A stretch of DNA of 64,000 nucleotides, taken from Puniceicoccaceae bacterium (lineage in GTDB: Bacteria > Verrucomicrobiota > Verrucomicrobiia > Opitutales > Oceanipulchritudinaceae). The translations under genes were made by a program, and so were the position numbers. The stretch is from positions 13,476-77,475 of the forward strand of contig JBFOMH010000024.1 of assembly GCA_040830765.1 (NCBI GenBank). Direction: 5' to 3'. The notes under the pieces were generated by a model. That model saw nothing but the letters and a program-made list of their open reading frames with translations, searched no databases and was not told the origin of the DNA. Below, in pieces: positions 10,101-18,090 of the stretch (its first letter is position 1; each line of letters starts with the position of its first letter).

Positions 10101-10942
10101 AGGCGACCAGATTTAAAAATGCGGTCCTGCTCATCCGCGGTCAGGCGTCCGAAAAGAGGCAGGACCTCCAAGCGGGTCAGGCCGCGCTTTTCCAAGAGGT
10201 CACGGGTCTCCCGGATATCCTTTTCCCCCGGAAGAAAGACGAGGATGTCGCCGGGACGATTCCAACTGACGATGTCCTCAACGGTCCGGACAATGGCATC
10301 CACGTAGGTCATGTCGCCGGTGTCTTCCAGCACCTCGTCAATCGGGGCATAGACGGTTTCAACAGGGTAGAGGCGACCACTCACCTCAAGGATAGGGGCA
10401 TTGCCGAAGGCCTTCGAAAACGCCTCGGTGTCAATCGTGGCGGAGGTAATGATGACTTTCAGGTCCTTGCGCCGTTGCAGCAAAAGGTTCAGGTAGCCCA
10501 GCAGAAAATCGATGTTGAGACTGCGTTCGTGCGCCTCGTCGACAATGATGACGCTGTACTGCCGCAGGTCTGCATCGCCCTGGATTTCCGTCAGCAGCAT
10601 GCCGTCCGTCATCACCTTGATCAGGGTGTCGGGGCGGGTCTTGTCCGTGAAACGGATCTTGGCGCCGACCTCCTGCCCCCAGACAACGCCAAGCTCCTCA
10701 GCGATCCGGCGGGAGATAGACAAGGCCGCTACTCGCCGCGGCTGGGTACAGGCAATCTTTCCCTTTTCCGCCAACCCTGCCTCAAGGCACATCTTAGGAA
10801 TCTGTGTCGTCTTGCCGGAACCCGTTTCCCCGGCCAGCACAACAACCGGGTGATTGCGGATGAGATCAACAATCGCCTCCCGGTGGGCCGTGATCGGCAA
10901 CTCCTCGGGATAGCGAATTTTCAACTGACCTTTACCGGGCAT
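7163..10942 (-). CDS. hrpA: ATP-dependent RNA helicase HrpA
   Basis: GETGSGKTTQIPK, TQPRRVAA, DEAH, SAT, QRKGRAGR and C-terminal EEYKVQIFAQELGT. Confidence 0.95.
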   Translation of the reverse strand: MPGKGQLKIRYPEELPITAHREAIVDLIRNHPVVVLAGETGSGKTTQIPKMCLEAGLAEKGKIACTQPRRVAALSISRRIAEELGVVWGQEVGAKIRFTDKTRPDTLIKVMTDGMLLTEIQGDADLRQYSVIIVDEAHERSLNIDFLLGYLNLLLQRRKDLKVIITSATIDTEAFSKAFGNAPILEVSGRLYPVETVYAPIDEVLEDTGDMTYVDAIVRTVEDIVSWNRPGDILVFLPGEKDIRETRDLLEKRGLTRLEVLPLFGRLTADEQDRIFKSGRLRKVILSTNIAETSITIPGIRFVIDSGLARVSRYSAATHTRRLPIEKVSQSSANQRKGRAGRLSEGVCVRLYSEQDFLGRPEYSTPEILRCNLADVILRMIAFKIGDIRTFPFIEPPGERAIRSGYELLVQLGALDAKIQGLTPLGRKLSHLPVDPTVGRMLLEANREGCVHEILVIAAGLSIQDPRERPMDAAKEADEMHRKFRHEESDFLTLLNIWNSYHDEMERLSQNQLRKFCKAHFLSYLRMREWRDIHAQLERTLKDIRMFRENKEPAEFEQIHRALLSGLLSGVAQLEETNHYRATRNRKEMVFPGSTLFKKLARGKGGKQKKGADMSAHSKGGGAKWILAGEFMETTRLYARTVARIDPAWILRVGEHVLNHKYTDPVYDEKGERVMARERILLYGLEVAAKRTAYLKINPREATEIFIREALVEGRLRTRLPFHEANQKLLEEVRDRQTRLRMSGTWALDERLYRFYAQRIERVGSFGDLKAFIRDHHGGKADFLFASEGDLLPGEDEAEELAAFPDATEMSGVRLDLSYAYKPGEDEDGATLKIPVEQFESVDASMIDWVVPGYIKQRIEFLLRGLPKDTRKQLFPMADVVQELALAVAPDKGSLVDQLTRLLGETRGIRIWPTDWAPDAVPDYLKPRVEVIDRKKRTVATGRNWDDVSQQYREAVRASFDKGEGRDKLKVWQEGCRKYEMKVVHPSTLPKLPTELVLGNLAGLPVKAWPGLEAGKDGISLKLFATEAAARRATLAGFMALCEEAVGKDLGWLQRDLAKEVKRVGLGFAAMMDSKTLAAESFALIRRSLLACEDPLPLDPATLEKVSMAARENMRGLVPKYVDLLERILKERDKVMTLIHPDSPWKTELDALVHPRFLRSLDLSRLNHYPRYIDALSRRIQRARQNPVKDAEKARPLVAYIRRFAGLKSEPAEKRRLRWLLEEYKVQIFAQELGTSEKVSPKIIDAAFARLESQSLRKA

Positions 10943-10988
10943 CAATTCCCCAGAGCGAAGCAGCTAATTCCGAAGCAGACAAGTTTAC

Positions 10989-13900
10989 TTAGAGAGTCGG
11001 CGCTTCAGCACTGGTCACGCTTAAACTCAAGCCACTTCCCGTTTCATCCCGCTCGATATAGACCCGGAGGCAGGCCGCCCGGCTTTGCGACAGATCCCAG
11101 CCGTGTTGACGATAGACATCCGGGAAGAGGACGGTCTCAGCCATCCCGGTTTCATCGGCCACGGAAACAAACTTCATCAACTCCCCCTTCACGGTCCGGT
11201 GCAGGCGGTGACAAACCTGGATGCCGGCAATGCGCATCTCCCGGCCGACAAAGTCCCCGAGGCTCCTTACCGGGACCGTGTTACTGCGGTCCACCCTGCG
11301 CATCCAGAGGGCAAATGGATCCAAGGTCACCGGATAACCCAGCAGATCCGCCTCGCCTTCCGCCATTTCAACTTTCCCGGGCTCCGGAAAGACCGGTCGC
11401 GGCGAGCTGTTGGCGGCAAAGAGGTCCTCTGCCTCACCGTACTGGCGCCGTCTCACCTGGCCGGCATGCCAGACCGCGGCATGCCGGTTCTCAAAGAATG
11501 CCCGCAAGGCTCCGGTCCGCGCCAGCAACTCCGCCTCGGCTGGCTCCGGACGGGTACGGCTGACAAAATCAAGCCAACCACGGAAGGCCCCGCGCTGCCG
11601 CGCCTGTCTCCACCCTCCCAGGAAGCGTTCACTCAATCCCTTGATCTGCCACAAGGGAATGTGGACGCGCTTATCCTCCACCCGGTAGGCTTCTCCCGGC
11701 CATTGCACGTCGGGCAGGACAAAGCGACCCCCATGTCGCAGGATTTCCATGACATAAACCAGGGGAGCATAAAAACCGCGCCGGTTGTTGAGAACAGCCG
11801 CGAGGAAGTGCAGCGGCCAATGGTACTTGAGCCAGCAACCATGAAAGGCCTCAATGGCATAGGCGGCCCCATGCGCCTTGTTGAACATGTAACCGGAAAA
11901 GTCCCGCAGTTCCCGCCAGACCGTCTCGATCTCGTCCTCCCCGCGCCCCTTCCGGAGCGCGCTGGCCCGGAAAACCGCCTCCAGTTCATCCATCACATTG
12001 TCGTCCGACTTCTTGATCAGAATCCGTCGCAGTAAATCCGCCGTGCCGAAATCCATCCCGGCAAAGCGGTTGGCCACGAGGAGGATATGTTCCTCGTAAA
12101 TCATCAGCCCGTAACTGTCATACAGCACCTCCTCGAGCACCGGATGGGCGTACTGCGGCGGTTCCATCCCCAGGTAACGGCGGGCAAACTTCGTCTTCTT
12201 GTCCTCATTGGCCGCCCCCGGACGGATCACTGAAACCGTGGCCACAAGGCAGTCGATATCGGCACAGCGGCACAACTTGAGCAGACTGGTCATGGCCGGC
12301 GACTCAATGTGGAAGACCCCCCGCGCCTCGCCATTTTGAACCAGCTCATAAATACGATCATCCGAATAATCGATCCCCTCAAGGGGATTCAGCGGATCCG
12401 GACCTTCGTCCTTTGTCCTTTGTCCTTCGTCCCTCAAGTTCTCGCAACAATCCCGGATCACGCTCAATCCGGCCTGGCCCAGCAAATCCATCTTCAGCAA
12501 ACCGAGGTCCTCGACCGGGTCCATCGACATCTGGGTCATGGAGAATCCCCTGGCACTTCCCCCGACCGGGGTGAAACCGGTCAATGGCCGGTCGGCAATG
12601 ACCATGCCGCAGGGATGCATCATCGGATGGCGGGGCAGGCCGTGGAGATCCACCGCGCGCTCCACCGCCTCCCGGAAACGGTCGTCCGCCCAGGCGCCCT
12701 GCGCCTCGACATAGCCCTCCCGATCGCTGAGGAATTTCTTCAGGGAACCATACGGCAGGCGTTTGCTCCAAGCGTGGGCCTCGTGTGCCGGGACGCCCAT
12801 GGCCTTGGCCACCTCGGTCACGGATGCCCGTCCCTTAAAGGTGGCAAAGCCGCCTATCATGGCCACCCGGTCGAGACCGTAGCGTTCATACAGCCAGGCC
12901 ATGATCTCGTCCCGCCGGTCCCATGGCAGGTCGAGGTCGATGTCCGGCAACTTGCTGTGCTTCATCCGTTCGCGGTTCAGGAAGCGCTCAAAGCGCAACC
13001 CGAAGCGGAAAGGGCAGACGTTGGCCACCCCAAGGGCATAACAGATGAGGCTCCCGGCCGCACTCCCCCGGGCGAGAACGGGAATATCCCGCCGGGCGCA
13101 CTCGTCGACAACCTCCGCAAAGACAAGGAAGTAACCCGCGTATCCAGTTTCCGCTACAACTGCCAATTCCCTCCGGATGCGCTCCAGCAGCTTCTCCCGC
13201 GAGGGCTTGTCCCGCCAGGGATAGGACTGCCCGTACCGGCGCACTATCCCGCGCAGGCAGCGCCATGCCAAAAGGCGGTTCTGCCGGGTCTTTCCAGTCG
13301 CCGTCTCCCCCACACCGGCATTCCGGTGAACGAGCGGGTTTGGCAGGTAGATTTTTCCGTAGCGGTAGTCAAAATCACAGGCAGCAACAAAAGCCCGGGT
13401 TTGCTGCAACACCTGGGGGACCCGGGCAAAGCGCCGCTCGAGCGCTTCCGGTGAAAGCAGGCCATACTCCCCCGGGGGCAACTTGTCGGGATGACGCTGG
13501 CCCAAGCGGGTCAGGGTCCCCATGGCCTGCAGGAGCTCCAGCAAACGGCTCCCCTTCCGGGTTCCATCATGCCGGGCCCCGTTCATGACAACCCAGCGAT
13601 CCCAGCCATGCCGCTGCAGTTCACTGAACGCCCGCCGCTGCAGCAACTGCTCCGTCGCATTGTGCCAGCACAGCTCCAGCCACAGGTTATCCCAGCCATA
13701 CTCCAGCAACCGCTCCCAGGCCCCTCGCCACCGCGGGAAGGCCCCAATCCGGCCACCGTAGGCATGCCCCACCCGGATCGGACAGGAGAGCCAAATACCG
13801 TCCGCCGTCTCTACCTGCAGGCGCTCAATCCCCTCCCACTCCACTTCACCACCGTTGGCCTCGCTGACCAAACGGCAAATGGCGGCATACCCGGCTTGGT

Positions 13901-14147
13901 TGCGGACCGTCAGCTGAAGCCACTCCGGGACAAAGTCCCGCACCCGCATCCGGCAGCCCAGCACCATCCGGAGACCTGCCCGGTCACAGGCCTGGGAGAA
14001 TTCCACCCCGCCGTAAAAGCCCCCTATGTCGGCCAGCCCGGCACCTGTGTAGCCGCAAGCCAGCAGCCGTTCCACCAGCTGCCCCACTGTCCACCCCGCC
14101 CCGTAAAAGCTGTAGGCACTGAAGTTTCCCAGACTGAACACGAACAA
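10989..14147 (-). CDS. dnaE2: DNA polymerase III alpha-family protein, probably non-replicative error-prone DnaE2 type
   Basis: RGSAAGS, FERFLN, catalytic PDIDLD and KMDLLG, GVFHIESPAM, FNKAH and a C-terminal OB fold. The PHP domain lacks the usual N-terminal histidines. Start is TTG 14147 or GTG 14141. Confidence 0.8.
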   Translation of the reverse strand: MFVFSLGNFSAYSFYGAGWTVGQLVERLLACGYTGAGLADIGGFYGGVEFSQACDRAGLRMVLGCRMRVRDFVPEWLQLTVRNQAGYAAICRLVSEANGGEVEWEGIERLQVETADGIWLSCPIRVGHAYGGRIGAFPRWRGAWERLLEYGWDNLWLELCWHNATEQLLQRRAFSELQRHGWDRWVVMNGARHDGTRKGSRLLELLQAMGTLTRLGQRHPDKLPPGEYGLLSPEALERRFARVPQVLQQTRAFVAACDFDYRYGKIYLPNPLVHRNAGVGETATGKTRQNRLLAWRCLRGIVRRYGQSYPWRDKPSREKLLERIRRELAVVAETGYAGYFLVFAEVVDECARRDIPVLARGSAAGSLICYALGVANVCPFRFGLRFERFLNRERMKHSKLPDIDLDLPWDRRDEIMAWLYERYGLDRVAMIGGFATFKGRASVTEVAKAMGVPAHEAHAWSKRLPYGSLKKFLSDREGYVEAQGAWADDRFREAVERAVDLHGLPRHPMMHPCGMVIADRPLTGFTPVGGSARGFSMTQMSMDPVEDLGLLKMDLLGQAGLSVIRDCCENLRDEGQRTKDEGPDPLNPLEGIDYSDDRIYELVQNGEARGVFHIESPAMTSLLKLCRCADIDCLVATVSVIRPGAANEDKKTKFARRYLGMEPPQYAHPVLEEVLYDSYGLMIYEEHILLVANRFAGMDFGTADLLRRILIKKSDDNVMDELEAVFRASALRKGRGEDEIETVWRELRDFSGYMFNKAHGAAYAIEAFHGCWLKYHWPLHFLAAVLNNRRGFYAPLVYVMEILRHGGRFVLPDVQWPGEAYRVEDKRVHIPLWQIKGLSERFLGGWRQARQRGAFRGWLDFVSRTRPEPAEAELLARTGALRAFFENRHAAVWHAGQVRRRQYGEAEDLFAANSSPRPVFPEPGKVEMAEGEADLLGYPVTLDPFALWMRRVDRSNTVPVRSLGDFVGREMRIAGIQVCHRLHRTVKGELMKFVSVADETGMAETVLFPDVYRQHGWDLSQSRAACLRVYIERDETGSGLSLSVTSAEAPTL
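12403..12432. repeat. Four tandem heptamers CCTTYGT inside dnaE2
   Basis: CCTTCGT CCTTTGT CCTTTGT CCTTCGT CC, read directly from the sequence. Confidence 0.85.
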
Positions 14148-14150
14148 GCC

Positions 14151-14178
14151 ATACTAGTATACATATGTATACCTTCAA
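14151..14178 (-). promoter_or_regulatory. Sigma70-like promoter TTGAAG-N16-TAGTAT whose spacer is a perfect 16-bp palindrome (putative operator)
   Basis: Minus strand reads TTGAAG GTATACATATGTATAC TAGTAT immediately upstream of dnaE2; palindrome at 14157-14172. Confidence 0.7.
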
Positions 14179-14227
14179 GACTGAATCGCTTCCCGGGAGA
14201 AAATTCCGTGAACCCTGACAACTAACT

Positions 14228-15835
14228 CTATTGGCGGATGCCCCAGCGGGTCTCGATGGCGACAGGCAGTTTGTCAGGATAGTCGAGGGTGTAGTGGAGG
14301 CCCCGACTCTCCTTGCGCTGGAGCGCACACATGATGACCATCTCCGCCACTTCGACAAGGTTACGCAGCTCCAGAAGGGAAGGTTCCACCTTGAAATTCC
14401 AGTAGTATTCGTGGATTTCCCGCTTGAGGCGCTGGACACGGGTCTGCGCCCGCTGCAATCGCTTGGTGGAACGGACAATGCCGACGTAGTCCCAGAGGCA
14501 GCGTTTCAATTCGTCAAGATTGTGGCTGATAATGACCCGCTCATCACTGCCATGGAGGTCTCCATCCACCCAGTCCGGCAAGTCGGCCGCCTCGAATGAA
14601 GCCGAGCGGAGGAACTCATCCACCTTCAAGGCACCCCTATGGGCCATGACGACCGCCTCCAGCAAGCTGTTGCTGGCGAGGCGATTGGCTCCTTGCAGGC
14701 CTGTGCAGGCAACCTCCCCACAGGCATAAAGCCCACTCAGGCCGGTCTTGGCATTGAGGTTGGTTCGTACACCGCCACAGAGATAGTGCATGGCCGGAAC
14801 CACCGGAATGGGTTCATGGGCGATATCAATACCGGCTTGGCGGCAGCGCTCCATGATGTGGGGAAAACGTTCCTTGAGGAATTCTTCCGACTTATGGCTG
14901 ATGTCGAGCCAGACATGCCGGGAACCGGACTTCTTCATCTCACTGTCGATGGCCCGGGCAACGATATCACGCGGGGCCAGATCCTTGCGCGCATCGTAGC
15001 GCGCCATGAAGGCCTCGCCATTGAGATTACGGAGAATCCCGCCCTCTCCACGGACAGCTTCGCTGATCAGAAATCGATCCTCAGTACTGGCATAGAGGGC
15101 AGTGGGATGAAACTGGATGAACTCCATGTTGCGGATTTCCGCCCCGGCCCGGAAGGCCATCGCGATGCCGTCACCCGTGGCAATGGCCGGATTGGTGGTG
15201 TAGAGATAAACCTGGCCGATACCTCCGGTACACAACATGACCACCGGAGCAGCATAGGTCTGGACCATCCGATCTTTGGTGTTGTATCCATAGAGTCCCA
15301 GAATGCGGTTTTTGGTGGCATCCACCTGATGGCCGGCAAGCGCCAGTTTGCGGGTTGTTATCAGGTCGATGGCGTGCACATGCTCCAGCAAGGTAATGCG
15401 GGGATGGGTTTCCACTGCGTGGACAAGGGCCTCCTCGATAGCCTTTCCGGTCAGGTCCTTGACGTGAAGGATCCGCCGCTTGGAATGCCCACCCTCCTTG
15501 TGCAGGGATACCCGCCCGTCGTCGAGCTGGGAAAAGTCGACCCCGAGCTCGTGCAATTCCTTGATCCGGTCCGGGCCATCCTCAATGATGTGGCGTACGA
15601 CCGCTTCGTCACAGAGACCGTCTCCGGCCGTCAAGGTATCCTGGACATGCAGTTCAAAATCGTCTGTTTGTGAAGTAACAGCGGCAATCCCTCCTTGGGC
15701 ATAGTTGGTATTGCTCTCAGCCCGTTCCTTCTTGGTCAGGATACAAACAGAGTGCCCACAATCGGCCACCTTCCGGGCGAAGCTGAGACCGGCGATTCCA
15801 CTGCCAACAACAAGGACGTCAAATGACTGTTGCAT
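14228..15835 (-). CDS. nadB: L-aspartate oxidase
   Basis: GSGIAG FAD motif, AQGGIAA, EGGHSKRRILH, QFHPT, EAVRGEG and GANRLASNSLLE. Start trimmed to ATG 15835. Confidence 0.95.
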   Translation of the reverse strand: MQQSFDVLVVGSGIAGLSFARKVADCGHSVCILTKKERAESNTNYAQGGIAAVTSQTDDFELHVQDTLTAGDGLCDEAVVRHIIEDGPDRIKELHELGVDFSQLDDGRVSLHKEGGHSKRRILHVKDLTGKAIEEALVHAVETHPRITLLEHVHAIDLITTRKLALAGHQVDATKNRILGLYGYNTKDRMVQTYAAPVVMLCTGGIGQVYLYTTNPAIATGDGIAMAFRAGAEIRNMEFIQFHPTALYASTEDRFLISEAVRGEGGILRNLNGEAFMARYDARKDLAPRDIVARAIDSEMKKSGSRHVWLDISHKSEEFLKERFPHIMERCRQAGIDIAHEPIPVVPAMHYLCGGVRTNLNAKTGLSGLYACGEVACTGLQGANRLASNSLLEAVVMAHRGALKVDEFLRSASFEAADLPDWVDGDLHGSDERVIISHNLDELKRCLWDYVGIVRSTKRLQRAQTRVQRLKREIHEYYWNFKVEPSLLELRNLVEVAEMVIMCALQRKESRGLHYTLDYPDKLPVAIETRWGIRQ

Positions 15836-15875
15836 GATAAAGGATTGATGAAAGTCAATAAACGGACGAGCCCGG

Positions 15876-16721
15876 CTAGAGGAGAATATTATCAATCAGG
15901 CGAACTTCGTCACACCAGATAGCGGCGACAATCAATGCTTCTCCAGTAACGATTTCAGCACGGACCGCTTGCATCGTCCGCGGTTCGACAATGGAGACGT
16001 AAATGACCCGCAAGCGCCGATGTTGGGAAATGTGGTGAATCACTTCGGCAACAACCCGGTCGACATTGGTGATGCCGGTATCAACCAGGCGCTTCCCTTC
16101 CTGCAAGGCGCCATATAGGGCGCTCGCATCCCGCAGTTGAAAATCGTTGAGGTAAGTATTCCGGGCACTGCAGGCCAATCCGCTTTCCTCACGAATGGTG
16201 TCAACCATCTCTATCTCCACCGGGAAGTGCAATTCCTGGAAGAACTTGCCAAGGACAACCGCTTTCTGCGCATCCTTCTGGCCCAGGAACAATTTATCCG
16301 GTCGGATGAGATTCAGGAGCATCGTGTGATAGGTACAGACTCCGTTGAAATAATTGGTCCGGGAGACCCCGCAAAGGGTGCGGCTGACAGAGGTCTCGGT
16401 GACACTCGAGGAAAAGCCTGGTGGAAAAAGGGTCTGCGCATCCGGCCGGAAGAGGATATCGACGCCCGCCTCACGGCAGAAGGCCTCATCCTTCTCCGGT
16501 GTCCGTGGATACCGCTGAAAGTCCTCGTTGGGACCAAATTCCAGCGGATTGACCAAGGTTGACACAACCACGGTGTCGACACTTTCCCGGGCCTTCGCGA
16601 TCAGGGCGCCGTGTCCCGGATGGAGCGCTCCACTGGTTGAGACAAGGCCAATGCCGCTGCCCTTCGTACGGAGGTCCAGGGAAACCGCCTGCATCTGCAT
16701 GGATTCTTCGATTATCTGCAT
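15876..16721 (-). CDS. panC: Pantoate-beta-alanine ligase homologue with a divergent active site
   Basis: GALHPGH, VNPLEFGPNEDFQRYPR, GQKDAQ and RLIDN motifs; several canonical residues are substituted. Confidence 0.8.
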   Translation of the reverse strand: MQIIEESMQMQAVSLDLRTKGSGIGLVSTSGALHPGHGALIAKARESVDTVVVSTLVNPLEFGPNEDFQRYPRTPEKDEAFCREAGVDILFRPDAQTLFPPGFSSSVTETSVSRTLCGVSRTNYFNGVCTYHTMLLNLIRPDKLFLGQKDAQKAVVLGKFFQELHFPVEIEMVDTIREESGLACSARNTYLNDFQLRDASALYGALQEGKRLVDTGITNVDRVVAEVIHHISQHRRLRVIYVSIVEPRTMQAVRAEIVTGEALIVAAIWCDEVRLIDNILL

Positions 16722-16840
16722 GAGACCTCCCTATCCTTGCCCAGCAGCAACGCTCTCTCAAGGCTTTTCCGGCGGAATTCCGTGTCGGAGGCATTTTGCC
16801 TCTTGTCTCCACGGCAATTAAGCGTTCCTTGTATCCCACC

Positions 16841-18067
16841 ATGGCACAAATCAATGACAATTACCTGAAGTTGAAAGCGTCCTACCTTTTCAGTGACATC
16901 GCCAAGCGGGTTGCTGCCTTCACTGAGGCCAACCCGGAAAAGACCATCATCAAGATGGGTATCGGGGATGTCACCGAGCCCCTCCCGATGGTCTGCCAAG
17001 AGGCGTTCCATGAGGCAATTGACGAAATGGGCACCCGGGCCGGCTTTCATGGATATGGCCCCGAACAGGGATATCCCTTTTTGCGTGAAGTCATTGCCCG
17101 GAATGAATTCCAGTCACGGGGTTGCTTTATCGAAGCGGACGAAATTTTTGTCTCAGATGGATCGAAGTGCGATTGCGGCAACATCCAGGAGATATTCTCG
17201 ACCAACTCAAAAGTCGCCATTCCGGATCCTGTCTATCCGGTTTATGTCGATACCAATGTCATGGCTGGCCGCTCCGGCCTGGACAGGGATGGCCGCTATG
17301 AGGGGCTGGTATACCTGGAGTCCACCCCGGAAAACGGGTACGTTCCCTCACCTCCCGAAGAAAAGGTCGACATGGTCTACCTTTGCTTCCCCAACAATCC
17401 TACCGGGGCCTGCGCCAGCCGGGAGCAGCTCCAGGCATGGGTGGATTACGCCCGCGACTGCAATGCCGTCATCCTCTTTGATGCTGCTTACGAATCCTTT
17501 ATCCGGAATCCAGAGATTCCCCACTCAATTTACGAACTGGATGGTGCCAGGGAGTGCGCTATTGAATTCCGGTCCTTTTCCAAGAATGCCGGTTTCACGG
17601 GTACCCGCTGCGCCTACACGATCGTCCCCAAGGACCTTCAGGCCGTTGATGGCAAAGGCAACAAGGTGATGCTCCATGGACTCTGGAATCGCCGCCATAC
17701 CACGAAGTTCAATGGTGTCGCCTATCCCGTCCAGAAAGCGGCGGCGGCCATTTACACGGATTCCGGAAAGGCTGAAGTAAGCAAACTGACTGATTTCTAC
17801 ATGGCCAATGCTTCCATCATCCTGGAAACAATGAAGGGCCTGGGGTTTGCCTGTGTTGGCGGCACCAATGCTCCCTACGTTTGGATAAAAACTGACATGC
17901 CATCATGGGATTTCTTCGACAAGCTGCTCAATGAAACGGCCATTGTCTGTACGCCGGGAGCCGGATTCGGTCTATGTGGAGAAGGTCACTTCCGGCTCAG
18001 CGCATTCAATTCGAGGGAAAACGTGGAGACGGCCATGACACGTATTGAGGCGGCTTTCAAGAGCTGA
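16841..18067 (+). CDS. dapL: LL-diaminopimelate aminotransferase
   Basis: [43 protein letters not shown] and [12 protein letters not shown]. Confidence 0.95.
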   Translation: MAQINDNYLKLKASYLFSDIAKRVAAFTEANPEKTIIKMGIGDVTEPLPMVCQEAFHEAIDEMGTRAGFHGYGPEQGYPFLREVIARNEFQSRGCFIEADEIFVSDGSKCDCGNIQEIFSTNSKVAIPDPVYPVYVDTNVMAGRSGLDRDGRYEGLVYLESTPENGYVPSPPEEKVDMVYLCFPNNPTGACASREQLQAWVDYARDCNAVILFDAAYESFIRNPEIPHSIYELDGARECAIEFRSFSKNAGFTGTRCAYTIVPKDLQAVDGKGNKVMLHGLWNRRHTTKFNGVAYPVQKAAAAIYTDSGKAEVSKLTDFYMANASIILETMKGLGFACVGGTNAPYVWIKTDMPSWDFFDKLLNETAIVCTPGAGFGLCGEGHFRLSAFNSRENVETAMTRIEAAFKS

Positions 18068-18090
18068 CTAAACCACTTCGTGGACTGCCA

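Noticed and set aside
16780..16814. Hairpin GAGGCA-TTT-TGCCTC upstream of dapL as a lysine riboswitch
   Set aside because: The intergenic region is far too short and lacks lysine-riboswitch consensus elements.
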